Below are positions 27,608-41,157 of a stretch of DNA of 64,000 nucleotides, piece after piece; position 1 is the first letter of the stretch, and each line of letters opens with the position of its first letter. The stretch covers positions 94,364,001 to 94,428,000 of the forward strand of contig OZ024745.1 in NCBI GenBank assembly GCA_964016885.1. Reading direction: 5' to 3'. The translations under genes and the position numbers were made by a program. The notes below the pieces were generated by a model. That model made no database searches. It was given only the letters and a program-made list of their open reading frames with translations, and was not told the DNA's origin. Source of the stretch: Eledone cirrhosa (lineage: Eukaryota).

Positions 27608-28432
27608 CAATATATAACAGTTTTATAAATAGACATTGGCGTACCCCTTTAAAAATTGACCGTTGCTTTTGGAGGCCATCAGGATAGTGGTTTGTTTACT
27701 TTAGTAAGTCATAGTGTTAAGAGTAAGTAAAAAGTAAAAAGTTGGAGAGAGAGAGAGAGAAACGTGGAGAAAAGAAAGGGAGAGATAGATAAAGAAAAAG
27801 AAGAAAGCAAAAAGAAAAGAGAACAGAGGAAAAATAACGGGGCGATATCAAACCATCAGACAGAGGAAAAATACAGAGAGAGATATATAGAGATAGAGAG
27901 AGAGGGGGGGGGGGAACGAAAACCTTAAGTTGTGTCATATTAAGTTGAGTTAACAATTGGGATGAAATGCATAAATAAAATTAGAAATATTAATATTCAT
28001 GAATGGAATATAGATATATAATATGAGAAATTACACATTGTTTAATTATGATTAGATATTTAGTTTAAAAATTGAGATCAATATATTAAAAATTGGAATT
28101 TAAACATTATAAAATATATATATTGCTAGAGAGATTATCTATCGTATATTACATACACATAGGCAAAGGTACATAAATATATATATATATACACACGCAC
28201 TCAGAAAATACACATTATATCTACTCCCGCATATAATATATACATACAAAGCATAAGTGATTTTTTATTTATTGCTATACATTCCTTGTGTTATTAATTA
28301 AACATTAAATATTTTTAGTATATATATATAAATATATATAGGATTAACTTTCATGCATTTATGGCTGTTAAGTTATGCATATCTGCAATCAAAAACTGCA
28401 TGTGTAAGCCTGTACATTCACATCCATAATTC

Positions 28433-30069
28433 TTAGCTATACATGAATAGATAATTTTTATATATGAAGCGGGATTTAAATTCTGTAGAGGTAGAACCGA
28501 CATAGTTAAATGAATTTAAATTAGTTTTAACATTACAATTATAAACTACATTTTTAGCTAAGCAGTTGTTATTTAACGGACAGTTGGATTTATTTCTACA
28601 GTTACAGTTATTCGATTGAATATTGCTTGGGTTATTATTGGTATTTTGGTTAGGTTTTAAATTTCTATTATTAATTCTATTAATATTTTGCGCTAAATTT
28701 TTGGTGGAAGAGTAGGTTAATTTTATAGTATGTCTATTAAAAATTGAGTAATATTTATGTATTCTAGGGAATCGTTTGTCAAGAGCTTTAAAGAATAGTT
28801 TAGCAATAGAGGTTTTAATATTTAGTGAGAAAGGAGGAGCGAACCATAATATATTCCTAGTTCTATTTCTTTTTCGGCTTTCGGAGTTATTGTAATATTT
28901 TCTATTATGGTTGTTGAAATTGTTACCATAATTAAAGTTGTTATTATTTTGGTTATTTTGTATATTATTATTATTATCGATGTATTTAATTTTATTTCTA
29001 TACCCAGCTCTACCTAACGCTTCGTTGTAATAATGCGCTTTTTCATCAAATATATTCTTATTAGATGAAATTCTTGAAATTCGTTCTTGAACAGAGTTCA
29101 CTATAGTATTTTTAACGGATCTGGGGTGATTAGAGTTAAAATTGACATAATTTAAGTTCTCATTTAGTTTGTGAAATGGATAATGAAGACATGTGTTGAG
29201 ATTTAGTGTTACATCTAGAAAATTGACTATTTTATGGTTATTCTCTATTTCTACTTTTAGATTAAGGTAATTAAAAAGTGTATAATTTGTTTTCTTTTTC
29301 TATTTAGTTCACAGCTATTATTTTCTATAAGTAAAAGCATGTCGTCACGATATAAGCCTCCGGTTACATCTGGTATTTTTCTATGTAGAGAATTAATTAT
29401 AAATAGGCCCACAAGGTCCGTTACCTGAGCTGAGTCTGAAGATCCCATAGTTATGTCGAAATTATTATTTCTATCTGCCCTAGTCCAGAGTTGGTTATTA
29501 AATTCTATTAGTGCTTTCCGTGCCGATAATATAATGTGCATTTCTTTGCTAGTTAGGTCTGTATGTTTAAATGCGTAAGTTAGTGCCTTATTCAGTAGAT
29601 TAGGAGTGACAGATGAGTAGTAGTTAGCAATATCCAACTGAATAAACTTATTATTATAGTTATATTTAATTTCTTTAAACCAATCGATAATCTCACTAGT
29701 CCCTTTCCATAATTTTAAGTAAGATAAATTAGGTAAATTCTTAATTTGTTGTATTATTCTGTCTAGAATATTTTTGCTAAGTCTGCCCAGGTCAGATTTA
29801 GATGGTGCAATTAATCTGACTGGTAAATCATTTTCAAAGTTTCTTTTGTGATCCTTCATATTGATCTTAGGTTTCCTTGGCATGAAGAGTTGTGTTTTAT
29901 TTTCAATGTCTAGTTCATGCATTATACAAGAAGCATCTGTATTCAGTTTTTCAAGTTCGTCCTTATTTGCTACTTTATATTCCTTCCTTAGTTCCTTCAA
30001 TATAAGGTCGTTATAAATGTCCTTTTGTATTCCGTAAAGATTATTAGTTTTGTCCGACTTGACTAGCAT
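28433..30069 (-). mobile_element. Penelope-like (Naiad-like) RT/GIY-YIG ORF, frameshifted and truncated at both ends
   Basis: KSDKTNN, KDHK..PVRLI, LDIANYYSS, FDITMGSSDSAQVTDLVG, GLYRDD, WFAPPFS, and CNCR..CPL..CL..NVVY..YVGST..FKSRF, after which it is cut off. Confidence 0.92.
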
Positions 30070-31065
30070 TTTCTCCGTTTTCTCCGTTTTCTCTATGTAC
30101 GGCTAATGTATCTATATGTGTGTGTTGACATACATATACATGTGTTATATGTTTTTTTATGATTATATGTCTGTCTGTATATATGCATGAGTGACGCGTG
30201 TATACCAATTGAAGATGCACACACATATCTATTCATGTATAGCTAAGAATTATGGATGTGAATGTATAGGCTTACACATGCAGTTTTTGATTGCAGATAT
30301 GCATAACTTAACAGCCATAAATGCATGAAAGTTAATCCTATATATTTATATATATATATACTAAAAATGTTTAATGTTTAATTAATAACACAAGGAATGT
30401 ATAGCAATAAATAAAAAATCACTTATGCTTTGTATGTATATATTATATGCGGGAGTAGATATAATGTGTATTTTCTGAGTGAGTGTGTATATATATATAT
30501 ATATTTATGTACCTTTGCCTATGTGTATGTAATATACGATAGATAATCTCTCTAGCAATATATATATTTTATAATGTTTAAATTCCAATTTTTAATATAT
30601 TGATCTCAATTTTTAAAGTAAATATCTGATCATAATTAAACAATGTGTAATTTCTCATATTATATATCTATATTCCATTCATGAATATTAATATTTCTAA
30701 TTTTATTTATGCATTTCATCCCAATTGTTAACTCAACTTAATATGACATAACTTAAGGTTTTCGTTCTCTCCCCCCCTCTCTATCTCTATATATCTCTCT
30801 CTGGGTTTTTTCTCTGTCTGATGGTTTGATATCTCCCCGTTATTTTTCCTCTGTTCTCTTTTCTTTTTGCTTTCTTCTTTTTCTTTATCTATCTCTCCCT
30901 TTCTTTTCTCCACGTTTCTCTCTCTCTCCATCTTTTTACCTTTTACTTACTCTTAACACTATGACTTACTAAAGTAAACAAACCACTATCCTGATGGCCT
31001 CCAAAAGCAACGGTCAATTTTTAAAGGGGTACGTCAATATCTATTTATAAAACTGTTATATATTG

Positions 31066-31130
31066 TATTTTGTCTGATGAAGGCATACCATAATGTAACT
31101 TGATAACCTTGAAATATATATAATGAAATA
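31066..31130 (+). ncRNA. Inverted copy of the PLE hammerhead
   Basis: tattttgt CTGATGA aggcata..taacctt GAAA tatata TA atgaaata. Confidence 0.72.
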
Positions 31131-31169
31131 AATATGGTTTTATAAATATAGTTTCCATTTATTAATATC

Positions 31170-31220
<51 letters not shown>

Positions 31221-31221
<1 letters not shown>

Positions 31222-31721
31222 ACTAGAAGAATGGCCCGACGTTGCCCGGGCTTCTAAAGATAAATTGGTATGTTTATCCCTCCTTTCTGAAACAGTACAG
31301 AGAAGTTGGTATACCTCGGCCTGGGGATGGTGGCTACATTTTGTGCTTCTAAAAAAATTCGTCGTAGATTACCAGGGGTTTAACTTAATTGGGTGCCTGA
31401 GAGTAAAATGTTCAACCCACGAAAGCCAAGATGATAGGGTTAAGTAAAAAGGCATTCGACAAACCGAACATGTATGTGTTGTGCTATGGTACAATGAAAG
31501 CAATATAGAGCAGTAAGCACGTGAGACTGCAGTGGTGGAGAGCATGAAGGAATTTAGTTGGATACTTTTAAGGTTACACAAATCTATCCAATCTGATATA
31601 GACCGAACTGTTATATCGGATGCCGCAAGGAATATATAAATGCAAGTTTGAAGTCAATCGGAGTAGAAATGTGGATTTGTATAGACTTTGCCAAAATCAG
31701 GACACACACACACAGACAACT

Positions 31722-31803
<82 letters not shown>

Positions 31804-31816
31804 TATAAAACTGAAG

Positions 31817-31872
<56 letters not shown>

Positions 31873-32571
31873 CCTATACAAATCCACATTTCTACTCCGA
31901 TTGACTTCAAACTTGCATTTATATATTCCTTGCGGTCTAAAGATATTAACTGCAGCTTTTATTTTTCAATTTTCTGTTGTTAAAGGCGTTTTTATTTTCA
32001 CTAAAACTTTAAGCCCTTTTTGTCAGTTTAGTTCGGCAATTTTGTCTACAATGTTCAAGGGAGACAACTCTTTAGTATTTTGAAAGAGTTACCTCTCTTT
32101 ATGGACTATATTATCCCTATTTAAACGTATATCCATTGAAATTGTTGATGGTGACCCCAATAGTAACTCCAAAGCGTTCGGCATCCGATATAACAGTTCG
32201 CTCTATATCAGATTGGATAGATTTTTGTAACCTTAAAAATATCCAACTAAATTCCTTCATGCTCTCCACCACTGCAGTCTCACATGCTTACTGCTCTATA
32301 TTGCTTTCATTGTACCATAGCACAACAAATACATGTTCGGTTTGTCGAATGCCTTTTTACTTAACCCTATCATCTTGGCTTTCGTGGGTTGAACATTTTA
32401 CTCTCAGGCACCCAATTAAGTTAAACCCCTGGTAATCTACGACGAATTTTTTTATAAGCACAAAATGTAGCCACCATCCCCAGGCTGAGGTATTCCGAAC
32501 TTCTCTGTACTGTTTCAGAAAGGAGGGATAAACATACCAATTTATGTTTAGAAGCCCGGGCCATTCTGCTA

Positions 32572-32574
<3 letters not shown>
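31221..32574. mobile_element. Two tail-to-tail copies of a non-autonomous Helitron-like element around a (TA)n tract
   Basis: Both start tactag.agaatggcccg and end ...aagtttgaagtcaatcgg...(CA)n acaacttcagtttt(ta)n. The left copy lacks ~250 bp present in the right copy. The family assignment comes from end style only. Confidence 0.6.
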
Positions 32575-32607
<33 letters not shown>

Positions 32608-33163
32608 GCATTTTATATGACTATGTGCACGTATACTACATAAATATATATGGGGGGAGGGCGAAAAGTAAACGGAAAAACACACCAGGCGATGAAGTAC
32701 AATGAAGATATGTATTAGTTTCACGCTTAACATAATAGAAGAAGTCGCAACGTTTTGGACGATAGTCCTTCATCAATATATATAATTGCTTGATCTTGGG
32801 AACAAATATAATATCCCAATTAGTATCGAAAATGAGCTACTATCACATAATATTCATACAAACTTTAAAACAATATTTTGGTAAATTCCTTAACCAGCAT
32901 CACATCCGTCCAGTCCTCCTTCTACTAGTATTGCCACATCTCCACATGTATATGTTCATTGTGGATTTGTAGGGAACTTCGCCAAGATAACAATAATAGT
33001 TGTCTGATTTAAGCACAAGGCCAAACATTTGGGGGAGGGAGAGTCGGTTACATTGACCAAAGTGCATTACTGGTATTTGATTTTATCAACCACGTAATGA
33101 TGAAAGGCGAAGTTACCATCGGCGGTATTTGAACCCAGACCATAAACGGCCGTAACTATTTGC

Positions 33164-33251
<88 letters not shown>

Positions 33252-34133
33252 TGTGTGTATGTGTTCTCTCTTTCTCTTAATTTTGAGTTTATTTTTGTCG
33301 GACCACCTTCCCGGTATCAAAGTTGTTGTCTCTTGTGTAAACGTTCATCCTTTGACTCTTAAGAATGTTCTACAAATTTTGAAAGTTCTAGTCTTCGTGG
33401 TCATATGTAAATTATGTATTAAGAAGCTAGGTTTTTTTCTCCACAAATCAAAGTTCAGCGATACTTTGGTCCTGGCGGGGTCGGTATATAACCTGTAGCT
33501 CTAATAATAACGGGTTTGGAGCTGAATACACATTCAACATTTAAAGAATATTATCGCAAATTCTTAAAACATCATCACGTCTCCCATCAATTTTTCAATA
33601 GTATATACACCTCACCTCATTTATAACTTTTATACGTGTATATTTTATATATATTTGCAAATATATTTATCGTATTTTGCACTCGTAGACAAATTATGAT
33701 ACGATTTATTTGATTATATTTAATACCGTGATGTCTTTCGTGTTTATATTCTCATCTTATGACATTCCTTGAACTTATATTAGTGTTGCATACATTTAGC
33801 ATATATCTTTTTCTCCTTCACTGCATTAGTTTGTCAACTGATATTTTTGTCCGAAATATAGACTCAAAAATTACCCACACATCTTTCTATAATCACAATG
33901 AAAATTATCTTCCGGCTAGCAAGACAGCAAAATATGTTTTAATCATCACAGTTGTATTGAAGTTATTTATAAAACTTGGTATTATCTGAAGGCAGCATAT
34001 AACATATGAGGCACAGACATCGATGAGTTGTTAATAAGTTTGCTTCGCAATTACGAGAACTCGGGTTCGATCTAGCTACAAAGAATATAAGGTTCGTGAT
34101 TTTTATCATTATTTAACGTGAACCCAAATAATT

Positions 34134-34315
34134 GTTTCTACTTTAGGCACAAGGCCAGAAATTACCCAGTGCATTACTGGTACTTTATTTTTTATCGACC
34201 CCGTAAGGATGAAAGGCAAAGTCAACCTCGGCGGGATTTGAACACAGATCGTAAAGGGACGTAACTATGCTGGAAAGCATGGCGTCCGACCCTCTATTGA
34301 TACTGCCAATTCACC
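34134..34315 (-). mobile_element. SINE copy
   Basis: Reverse complement of the consensus. Confidence 0.9.
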
Positions 34316-34547
34316 ATATGATTAAAACTGACCTGATGACGCCTGTATATGACGCCTAATGGATGGATTGAATCCTGGCTTTCAAATACAATGTCACACT
34401 GATATTTCTTGAGAAATTACGCTAAGTGTCCAAGTGTTCGTAGAATATTAAGGTGCTTATGCCAATTGAACATCTGGAATAGTCCTCGTCGAAACCAGCG
34501 AAGATCCATTAGCATTTAACTATAATAAAATACAAAATGATGTAAAG

Positions 34548-34734
34548 CAGGCATGTCAAACTAAGGGTCCCCTGTTATGTGTTGTCTGAGGGCCACACAC
34601 GTTAACTAATTGCGAACATTACAACTAATTTTACGAAGATAAAACATGCCTGTGCTGTAAAAACCTTTGTGCGTACCGCAGGTAAGCTTGTGGGGGCCGC
34701 ATGTGGCCCGTGGGACGCATGTTTGACATGCCTG
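34548..34734. mobile_element. hAT (Charlie-like) MITE
   Basis: TIR caggcatgtcaaac / gtttgacatgcctg with a perfect 8-bp TSD atgtaaag. Confidence 0.9.
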
Positions 34735-34996
34735 ATGTAAAGGATTCTAATGGGGACACAAAGCCTATCAAATAACATTAACATTTCTATCGACTTTTAA
34801 GAGACACGAGGGGAGAAATAGTTTGGGAAGATTCGGTTAAATAATTTGACCATCGTAATATTGTTTAAGCCTTAACTTCTGGTGCAGTGGTAAGGGTACC
34901 AGGGTGACATACAGCGGTTCTTGGGGCATCTTTCAAATCTGGTGGAGCCTATCGCCTCTCCTGGGTCTGAACACAGTCAATTTCTTCTAGGGCAGG

Positions 34997-35871
34997 AGAG
35001 AGAGAGAGAGAGAGAGAGAGAGTGAGAGAGAGAGTGAGAGAGAGAGTGAGAGAGAGCGAAAGGGAGAGCAAGAAAGAGTGAGAGAGTGAGAGAGAGACAG
35101 AAAGAATGAGAGAGAGAGAGACAGAGAAAGAGTGAGAGAGGGAGAGAGAGCAAGAAAGAGTGAGAGAGAAAGAGAGAGTGAGAGAGAGAGCGAGCGAGAG
35201 AGCGAGAGAGAAAGAGAGATAGATAAAGAGTGAGAGAGAAATAGAGAGAGAGTGAGAGAGAGACAGAGAGAGAGTGATTGAGAACAAGAAAGAGTGAGAG
35301 ATAAAGAGAGAGAGAGAGTGAGAGTGAGACAAAGAGAGAGAGAGAAAGGGAGAAAGAGAGAGAAAGAGAGAGAGATAAAGAGAAAGAGTGAGAGATAAAG
35401 AGAGAGAGATAGCGAGAGAGAGACATAGAGAGAGAGAGGGTGAGTGAGAGAGAAAGAAAGAGAGAGAGAAAGAGAAAGAATGAGATATAAAGAGAGAGAG
35501 AGAGTGAGAGTGAGACAGAGAGAGAGAGTGAGTGAGAGAGAGAGAGAAAGGGAGAAAGAGAGAGAGAGAGGGGAGAGAGAGAGAAAGAGAGAGAAATAGA
35601 GAGAGAGAGAGAGAAAGAGAGAGAGAGTGAGAGAGAGAGAGACAGAGAGAGAGAGAGAGTGAGTGGGAAATAGAAAGAGAGAGAGATAAAGAGAAAGAGT
35701 GAGAGATAAAGAGAGAGAGATAGAGAGAGAGAGACATAGAGAGAGAGAGGGTGAGTGAGAGAGAAAGAAAGAGAGAGAGAAAGAGAAAGAATGAGATATA
35801 AAGAGAGAGAGAGAGTGAGAGTGAGACAGAGAGAGAGAGTGAGTGAGAGAGAGAGAGAGAAAGGGAGAGAA

Positions 35872-35902
<31 letters not shown>

Positions 35903-36194
35903 GAGAGAGAAATAGAGAGAGAGAGAGAAAGAGAGAGAGAGAGTGAGAGAGAGAGAGACAGAGAGAGAGAGAGAGTGAGTGGGAAATAGAAAGAGTGAGA
36001 GATAAAGAGAGAGAGAGTGAGAGTGAGACAGAGAGAGAGTCAGTCAGAGAGAGAGAGAGAAAAGGTGAAAGAGAGAGAAAGAGAGAAATAGAGAAAGAGA
36101 GTGAGAGAGAGTTAAAGAGAGAGAGAAAGAGAAAGAGTGAGAGATAAAGAGAGAGATAGAGAGAGAGAGAGACAGAGAGAGACAGAGGGTGAGT

Positions 36195-36239
<45 letters not shown>

Positions 36240-36645
36240 AGAGTGAGAGATAAAGAGAGAGAGAGTGAGAGTGAGTCAGAGAGAGAGAGTGAGTTTGAGA
36301 GAGAGAGAGAAAGGGAGAAAGAGAGAGAAAGAGAGAGGGAGAGAGAGAGAGAGAAATAGAAAGAGTGAGAGATAAAGAGAGAGAGAGAGTGAGAGTGAGA
36401 CAGAGAGAGAGTCAGTCAGAGAGAGAGAGAGAAATGGAGAAAGAGAGTGAAAGAGAGTGAGAGAGAGATAAAGAGAGAGAGAGAAAGAGAAAGAGTGAGA
36501 GATAAAGAGATAAAGAGATAAAGAGATAGATAGAGAGAGAGAGACAGAGAGAGACAGAGGGTGAGTGAGAGAGAGAAAAAGAGAGAGAGTGAGAGAGAGG
36601 GAGAGAGTGAGAGAGAGAGAAAAAGAGAGATAGAAAGAGAGAGGG
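34997..36645. repeat. 1.65-kb degenerate (GA)n polypurine tract with internal block duplications
   Basis: Almost entirely G/A, with recurring variants (gagtga, gataaa, gacata). The long ORFs here are artefacts. Confidence 0.95.
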
Positions 36646-36784
36646 AATCAATACCAGTATGGACTAGCACATTTATTGAACTTAGCAGGTTTAAATGCAG
36701 AGTATAGCCGGCCCGAACATTACCACAAAGAATTCCATTCCACGTATATTACTGGTACTTATTTTATTAATTTCAGCAGAATAA

Positions 36785-37137
36785 GGGCGGTGGATTGGCA
36801 GTAAAGGTAGAGGGTCGGACAATATACTTTGTGGCATAGAGTTACGGACCTTTATGATCTAAGTTCAAATCCCCCGAGGTTAACTTTGCCTTTCATCCTT
36901 ATGGGGTGGATAAAATAAAGTACCAGTCACGCACTGGGGTCGATTTAATCGACTTTCCCCTCCCACAAAATTGCTGGCCTTGCTTGTGCCTATATAAGAA
37001 ACCATTAATTTCAGCAGAATGAATGAGGAAATCGACCATACGCGGATTTGAACAAATATTCACACACACACACACACACAGACGCGCGCGCGCGCACGCC
37101 CCCCATCCAACCACCCACACATACACACACACACACA

Positions 37138-37168
<31 letters not shown>

Positions 37169-37198
37169 CACGCGCGCGCACGCCCCCATCCAACCACC

Positions 37199-37236
<38 letters not shown>

Positions 37237-37265
37237 ACACACACACACACGCACACGCACGCACG

Positions 37266-37330
<65 letters not shown>

Positions 37331-37555
37331 ATAAGACAGTTTCATTCATACACTATCCCCAACTACAGTTCCTGGAATTTGGCAGTATCGGTAGAGGGTC
37401 GGACGCCATGCTTTCCAGCATAGTTACGTCCCTTTACGATCTGAGTTCAAATCCCGCCGAGGTTGACTTTGCCTTTCATCCTTTACGGGGTCGATAAAAT
37501 AAAGTACCAGTAATGCACTGGGTAATTGCTGGCCTTATGCCTAAAGTAGAAACCA
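36785..37555 (+). mobile_element. Two SINE copies (36785-37005, 37378-37555) separated by a duplicated (CA)n tract
   Basis: Consensus matches. The block gcgcgcacgcccccatccaaccacccac occurs twice within the CA tract. Confidence 0.85.
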
Positions 37556-38046
37556 TTAATTATTTCAATAATTTAAAACAACCAATATTGGAAGAATTAT
37601 TTCGTCGTTACAGAGAAATTGTTTGTAAGTAGAGATAAACATAAATATTGAATAGCTCGCATACAGACCATGTTGTTGTCGGAACCATATGGTGTATGTC
37701 GAACAACGTGTGTCATTCAACTACTAAATCAAAGGTACTCAACGGGGAGGCATATTCTCCCCCCCGGGGGTCGCTGGAAGCCCCTTTAGTTTGGTAAGTT
37801 CTATAAGTCATATTTGTACGTCTCTTAGACAACCAGTGTGAATGCATTTGAATGAAAAAAAAAACGAAGAAAATAAATAAAAGAAGCATATCAACGAATT
37901 CCCTAGGGGGTGATAAAAGAAAAACAAAAGAAATCAAAGAAAATGAACATAAGGACGTCAACTTTGACAACTTTGACAACAGTTGATGAAAGGTGTGGGT
38001 GTATACATGAACATACACACACATGCATACGTACATACATACATAC

Positions 38047-38105
<59 letters not shown>

Positions 38106-38357
38106 CACGCAGGCCTGCGTTAGTGTTTGATGAGGTTGAGAACCTGGCCAGCTTTCAGCCTGAGCTGTGGTATTTAATCTCCCTAGGTAATAAAATCTGG
38201 AGAGAGAATTTTCTCCTTACCAAAAAACAAAACATAAATCATATCAACATCCTTACATACTTAAAGATAAATGCTTGTATATATATATATACAAATGTAT
38301 AAATGCATAGCTATATACATACGTAAATGTATGTATGTATATATGTATGTATGTAGA

Positions 38358-38427
<70 letters not shown>

Positions 38428-38467
38428 GATATTAAATAAATGGAAACTATATTTATAAAAGCATATT

Positions 38468-38529
38468 TATTCTATTATATATATTTCAAGGGTACCAAAC
38501 ACTTCGGTACGCTTTTATCAGATAAAATA
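38468..38529 (-). ncRNA. PLE-type hammerhead with core mutation (CTGATAA)
   Basis: tattttat CTGATAA aagcgtacc..ggtaccctt GAAA tatata TA atagaata. The flank is homologous to the PLE end at 27.5 kb. Confidence 0.65.
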
Positions 38530-38562
38530 CAAAGAGTGCTTTATAAATTTTGACATCTGTTA

Positions 38563-38638
<76 letters not shown>

Positions 38639-38678
38639 TTCAAAATATTAACAAAATAGATATTCTTGTGATCAATTA

Positions 38679-38745
38679 TATTTTATTATACATATTTCAG
38701 AGGTACTGAGTTAAGTTCAACAATACGTCCTCATCAGATAAAATA
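38679..38745 (-). ncRNA. PLE-type hammerhead ribozyme
   Basis: tattttat CTGATGA ggacgtattg..cagtacctct GAAA tatgta TA ataaaata, downstream of the PLE RT at 39.2-39.9 kb. Confidence 0.75.
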
Positions 38746-39172
38746 AAATGATACATGACATACCCTGACATATTAGACGGTTAAGATTTAGTCATGGTAG
38801 TGATTAACTTATGACAAAACTCAATATTTATACCCTAATATTGAGAAGATGAGATAACATAATACAAACAATAGAGAGGAAGCGTGTAATAGAGCTTAAG
38901 AAATACATGGCATCAATATAACAGTTACAACATTTTTTAATTTTAAAAACTACTGGAGAAAGAGGAGGGAAAGGAAAGCATAGAAGAAGAAACAGCTGAT
39001 GTGATAATATGTTTAGTAGGTGGCTTGAAAAAACAGAGGAAAGATGATTAAAGAGAGAGAGAGACAAGGGGGAGTAATTTATGTTCAAGTTTATATAACC
39101 AGATTTCGATATTTGTGACACATGTCCAAAATAATATAGCTGGCGGTTAATTTTCGAAATATTTAATTTAAG

Positions 39173-39915
39173 TTATTTCAGGGTAATGAATAATATTTTA
39201 TCCTCATTGACGGTGAGCCTCGAGATCCTATGTGAGATGCTATAGACTATGGAGTTGAGAGTTTGCTTAGGGTGGTTGGATGCATAATTAATATAAGAAA
39301 GGCTCTTTCTAGGCTTATGGTATGGCTTGTATAGGCCAGTACTCAACTCCAGGGTCACGCCCAGGAAGTTGACAATCTGGTGGTTGAGGTCTATAATTAC
39401 GGATAGGCCGTATAACTTGAATAACCTGTGTATATGCTTGTTAAGGTTCTCTATCCTACGAGGGCTATGGTTCTTAACGGTAAACAGGGCGTCGTCCCTA
39501 TATACACCTCCTTGTAGGGCCGGTATCTCGTCCCTAAGCTTATGGAGGAGGTATATTCCGACCAGGTCAGTTGCTTGCGCTGAGTCGCTGGACCCCATCG
39601 TGATATCGAAGTTATCAAGATGGTTGGTTCTGGTCCAGTGGGAGCCTTAGAACTGGATAATGGTTCTACGCGCCGCTAGAACTATGTCTATTTCTTTTTT
39701 AGTGAGGCTAGTGTTAGATTTAGCTAATATGAGCGCCTTATTTAAGAGTATGGGGGAGATAAAGGCGTAGTAACTATCTATGTCAAACTGGATGAACTTC
39801 AGAGGCGCTTTATCAGGCAACTCGGTGAACCAATTTATGACCTGGTCGTTGTTGCCCCAGAGGCAGACCTTAGCTTTTCTATTAAGCTCCAGTAATACTC
39901 TATCGAGGATCACTT
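39173..39915 (-). mobile_element. Penelope-like RT fragment
   Basis: FIQFDIDSYY, MGSSDSAQATDLVG, GVYRDDAL, VNFL.VTL and YINYASNHP, with frameshifts. Confidence 0.9.
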
Positions 39916-40076
39916 TACTATATATATATATATATATTTATTAAAATAACAGATTAAAGTTTAAGCAAAGAATCGCTTCTTTCACCCTTAACGGGTTCTT
40001 CTGATATATATGATATATATTTATCCTTATCGAGCCCTCTTTGGATTTTAGTCTTCAAATTTACTATTATTACTAT

Positions 40077-40842
40077 ATTCAAATCCCGCCGAGGTTGACT
40101 TTGCCTTTCATCCTTACGGGGTCGATAAAATAAAGTACCAGTAATGCACTGGGTAATTGCTGGCCTTGTGCCTAAAGTAGAAACAATTACTATATATATA
40201 TATATATATATATATGTAAAAGTTCTATTTAAATTGTTGGGATACAACAAGCAAATATTTTTATAACTGATATAAAGCACTCAACAAATAATTGGAGTAA
40301 AATTATAACTCCACTATCCAGGAGCTTCCAACAGTAATGGTTGCATTCTTTAAGGGTATGTCAATATTTATTTATAAAACTGCTCTATATTATATTCTAT
40401 CTGGTGAAAGCACACCATAATTTAATTTGGTGTCCTTGAAATATGTATAATGAAATAAATATGGTTTTATACATATAGTTTCCATTTGTTAATATCGTAT
40501 ATATATATTTATTAAAATAACAGATTGAAGTTTAAGCAAAGAATCGCTGCTTTCATTATTACTATACGGGGTCGATAAAATAAAGTACCAGTAATGCACT
40601 GGGTAATTGCTGGCCTTGTGCCTAAAGTAGAAACAATTATTACTATATATAATAGGGCGGTGGATTGGTAGTATCAGTAGAGGGTCGGACGCCATGCTTT
40701 CCAGCATAGTTACGTCCCTTTATGATATGAGTTCAAATCCCGCCGAGGTTGACTTTGCCTTTCATCCTTACGGGGTCGATAAAATAAAGTACCAGTAATG
40801 CACTGGGTAATTTGCTGGCCTTGTGCCTAAAGTAGAAACAAT
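40077..40842 (+). mobile_element. SINE copies and fragments (40077-40185, 40566-40635, 40654-40842) with a local duplication of a PLE end
   Basis: Consensus matches. The sequence tttattaaaataacagatt.aagtttaagcaaagaatcgct occurs at ~39937 and ~40507. Confidence 0.8.
40393..40457 (+). ncRNA. PLE-type hammerhead with core mutation (CTGGTGA)
   Basis: tattctat CTGGTGA aagcacacca..tggtgtcctt GAAA tatgta TA atgaaata. The flanks are homologous to 31.0-31.17 kb. Confidence 0.65.
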
Positions 40843-40845
40843 TAT

Positions 40846-40886
<41 letters not shown>

Positions 40887-40959
40887 CATTTACGTATGTA
40901 TATAGCTATGCATTTATACATTTGTATATATACCTGCATTTATATTTAAGAGTGTAAGG

Positions 40960-41027
<68 letters not shown>

Positions 41028-41052
41028 TATATATATATATATAAAGTTTTAC

Positions 41053-41084
<32 letters not shown>

Positions 41085-41157
41085 ATAGATATATATGTGT
41101 TTTGCAACCGGTCACATTGTGGCTCAATGAAGAATTAATAAATTAAATAATCAGAGC

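Larger units (their letters stand above)
26918..33166. repeat. Large inverted duplication (arms 26918-28453 and 30226-33166, the right arm interrupted at ~31200-32600) enclosing a PLE ORF
   Basis: The arms are reverse complements. Examples: ORF-track peptides at 27111(-) and 32790(+) are near identical, and 27.7 kb mirrors 30.9 kb. Confidence 0.92.

Noticed and set aside
34325-34515. CTGATGA and a distant GAAAC
   Set aside because: No consistent three-stem fold.
34949-37345. Long ORFs (SLSL, CVCV, HTHT), and similar YIYI ORFs elsewhere
   Set aside because: They are translations of dinucleotide microsatellites.
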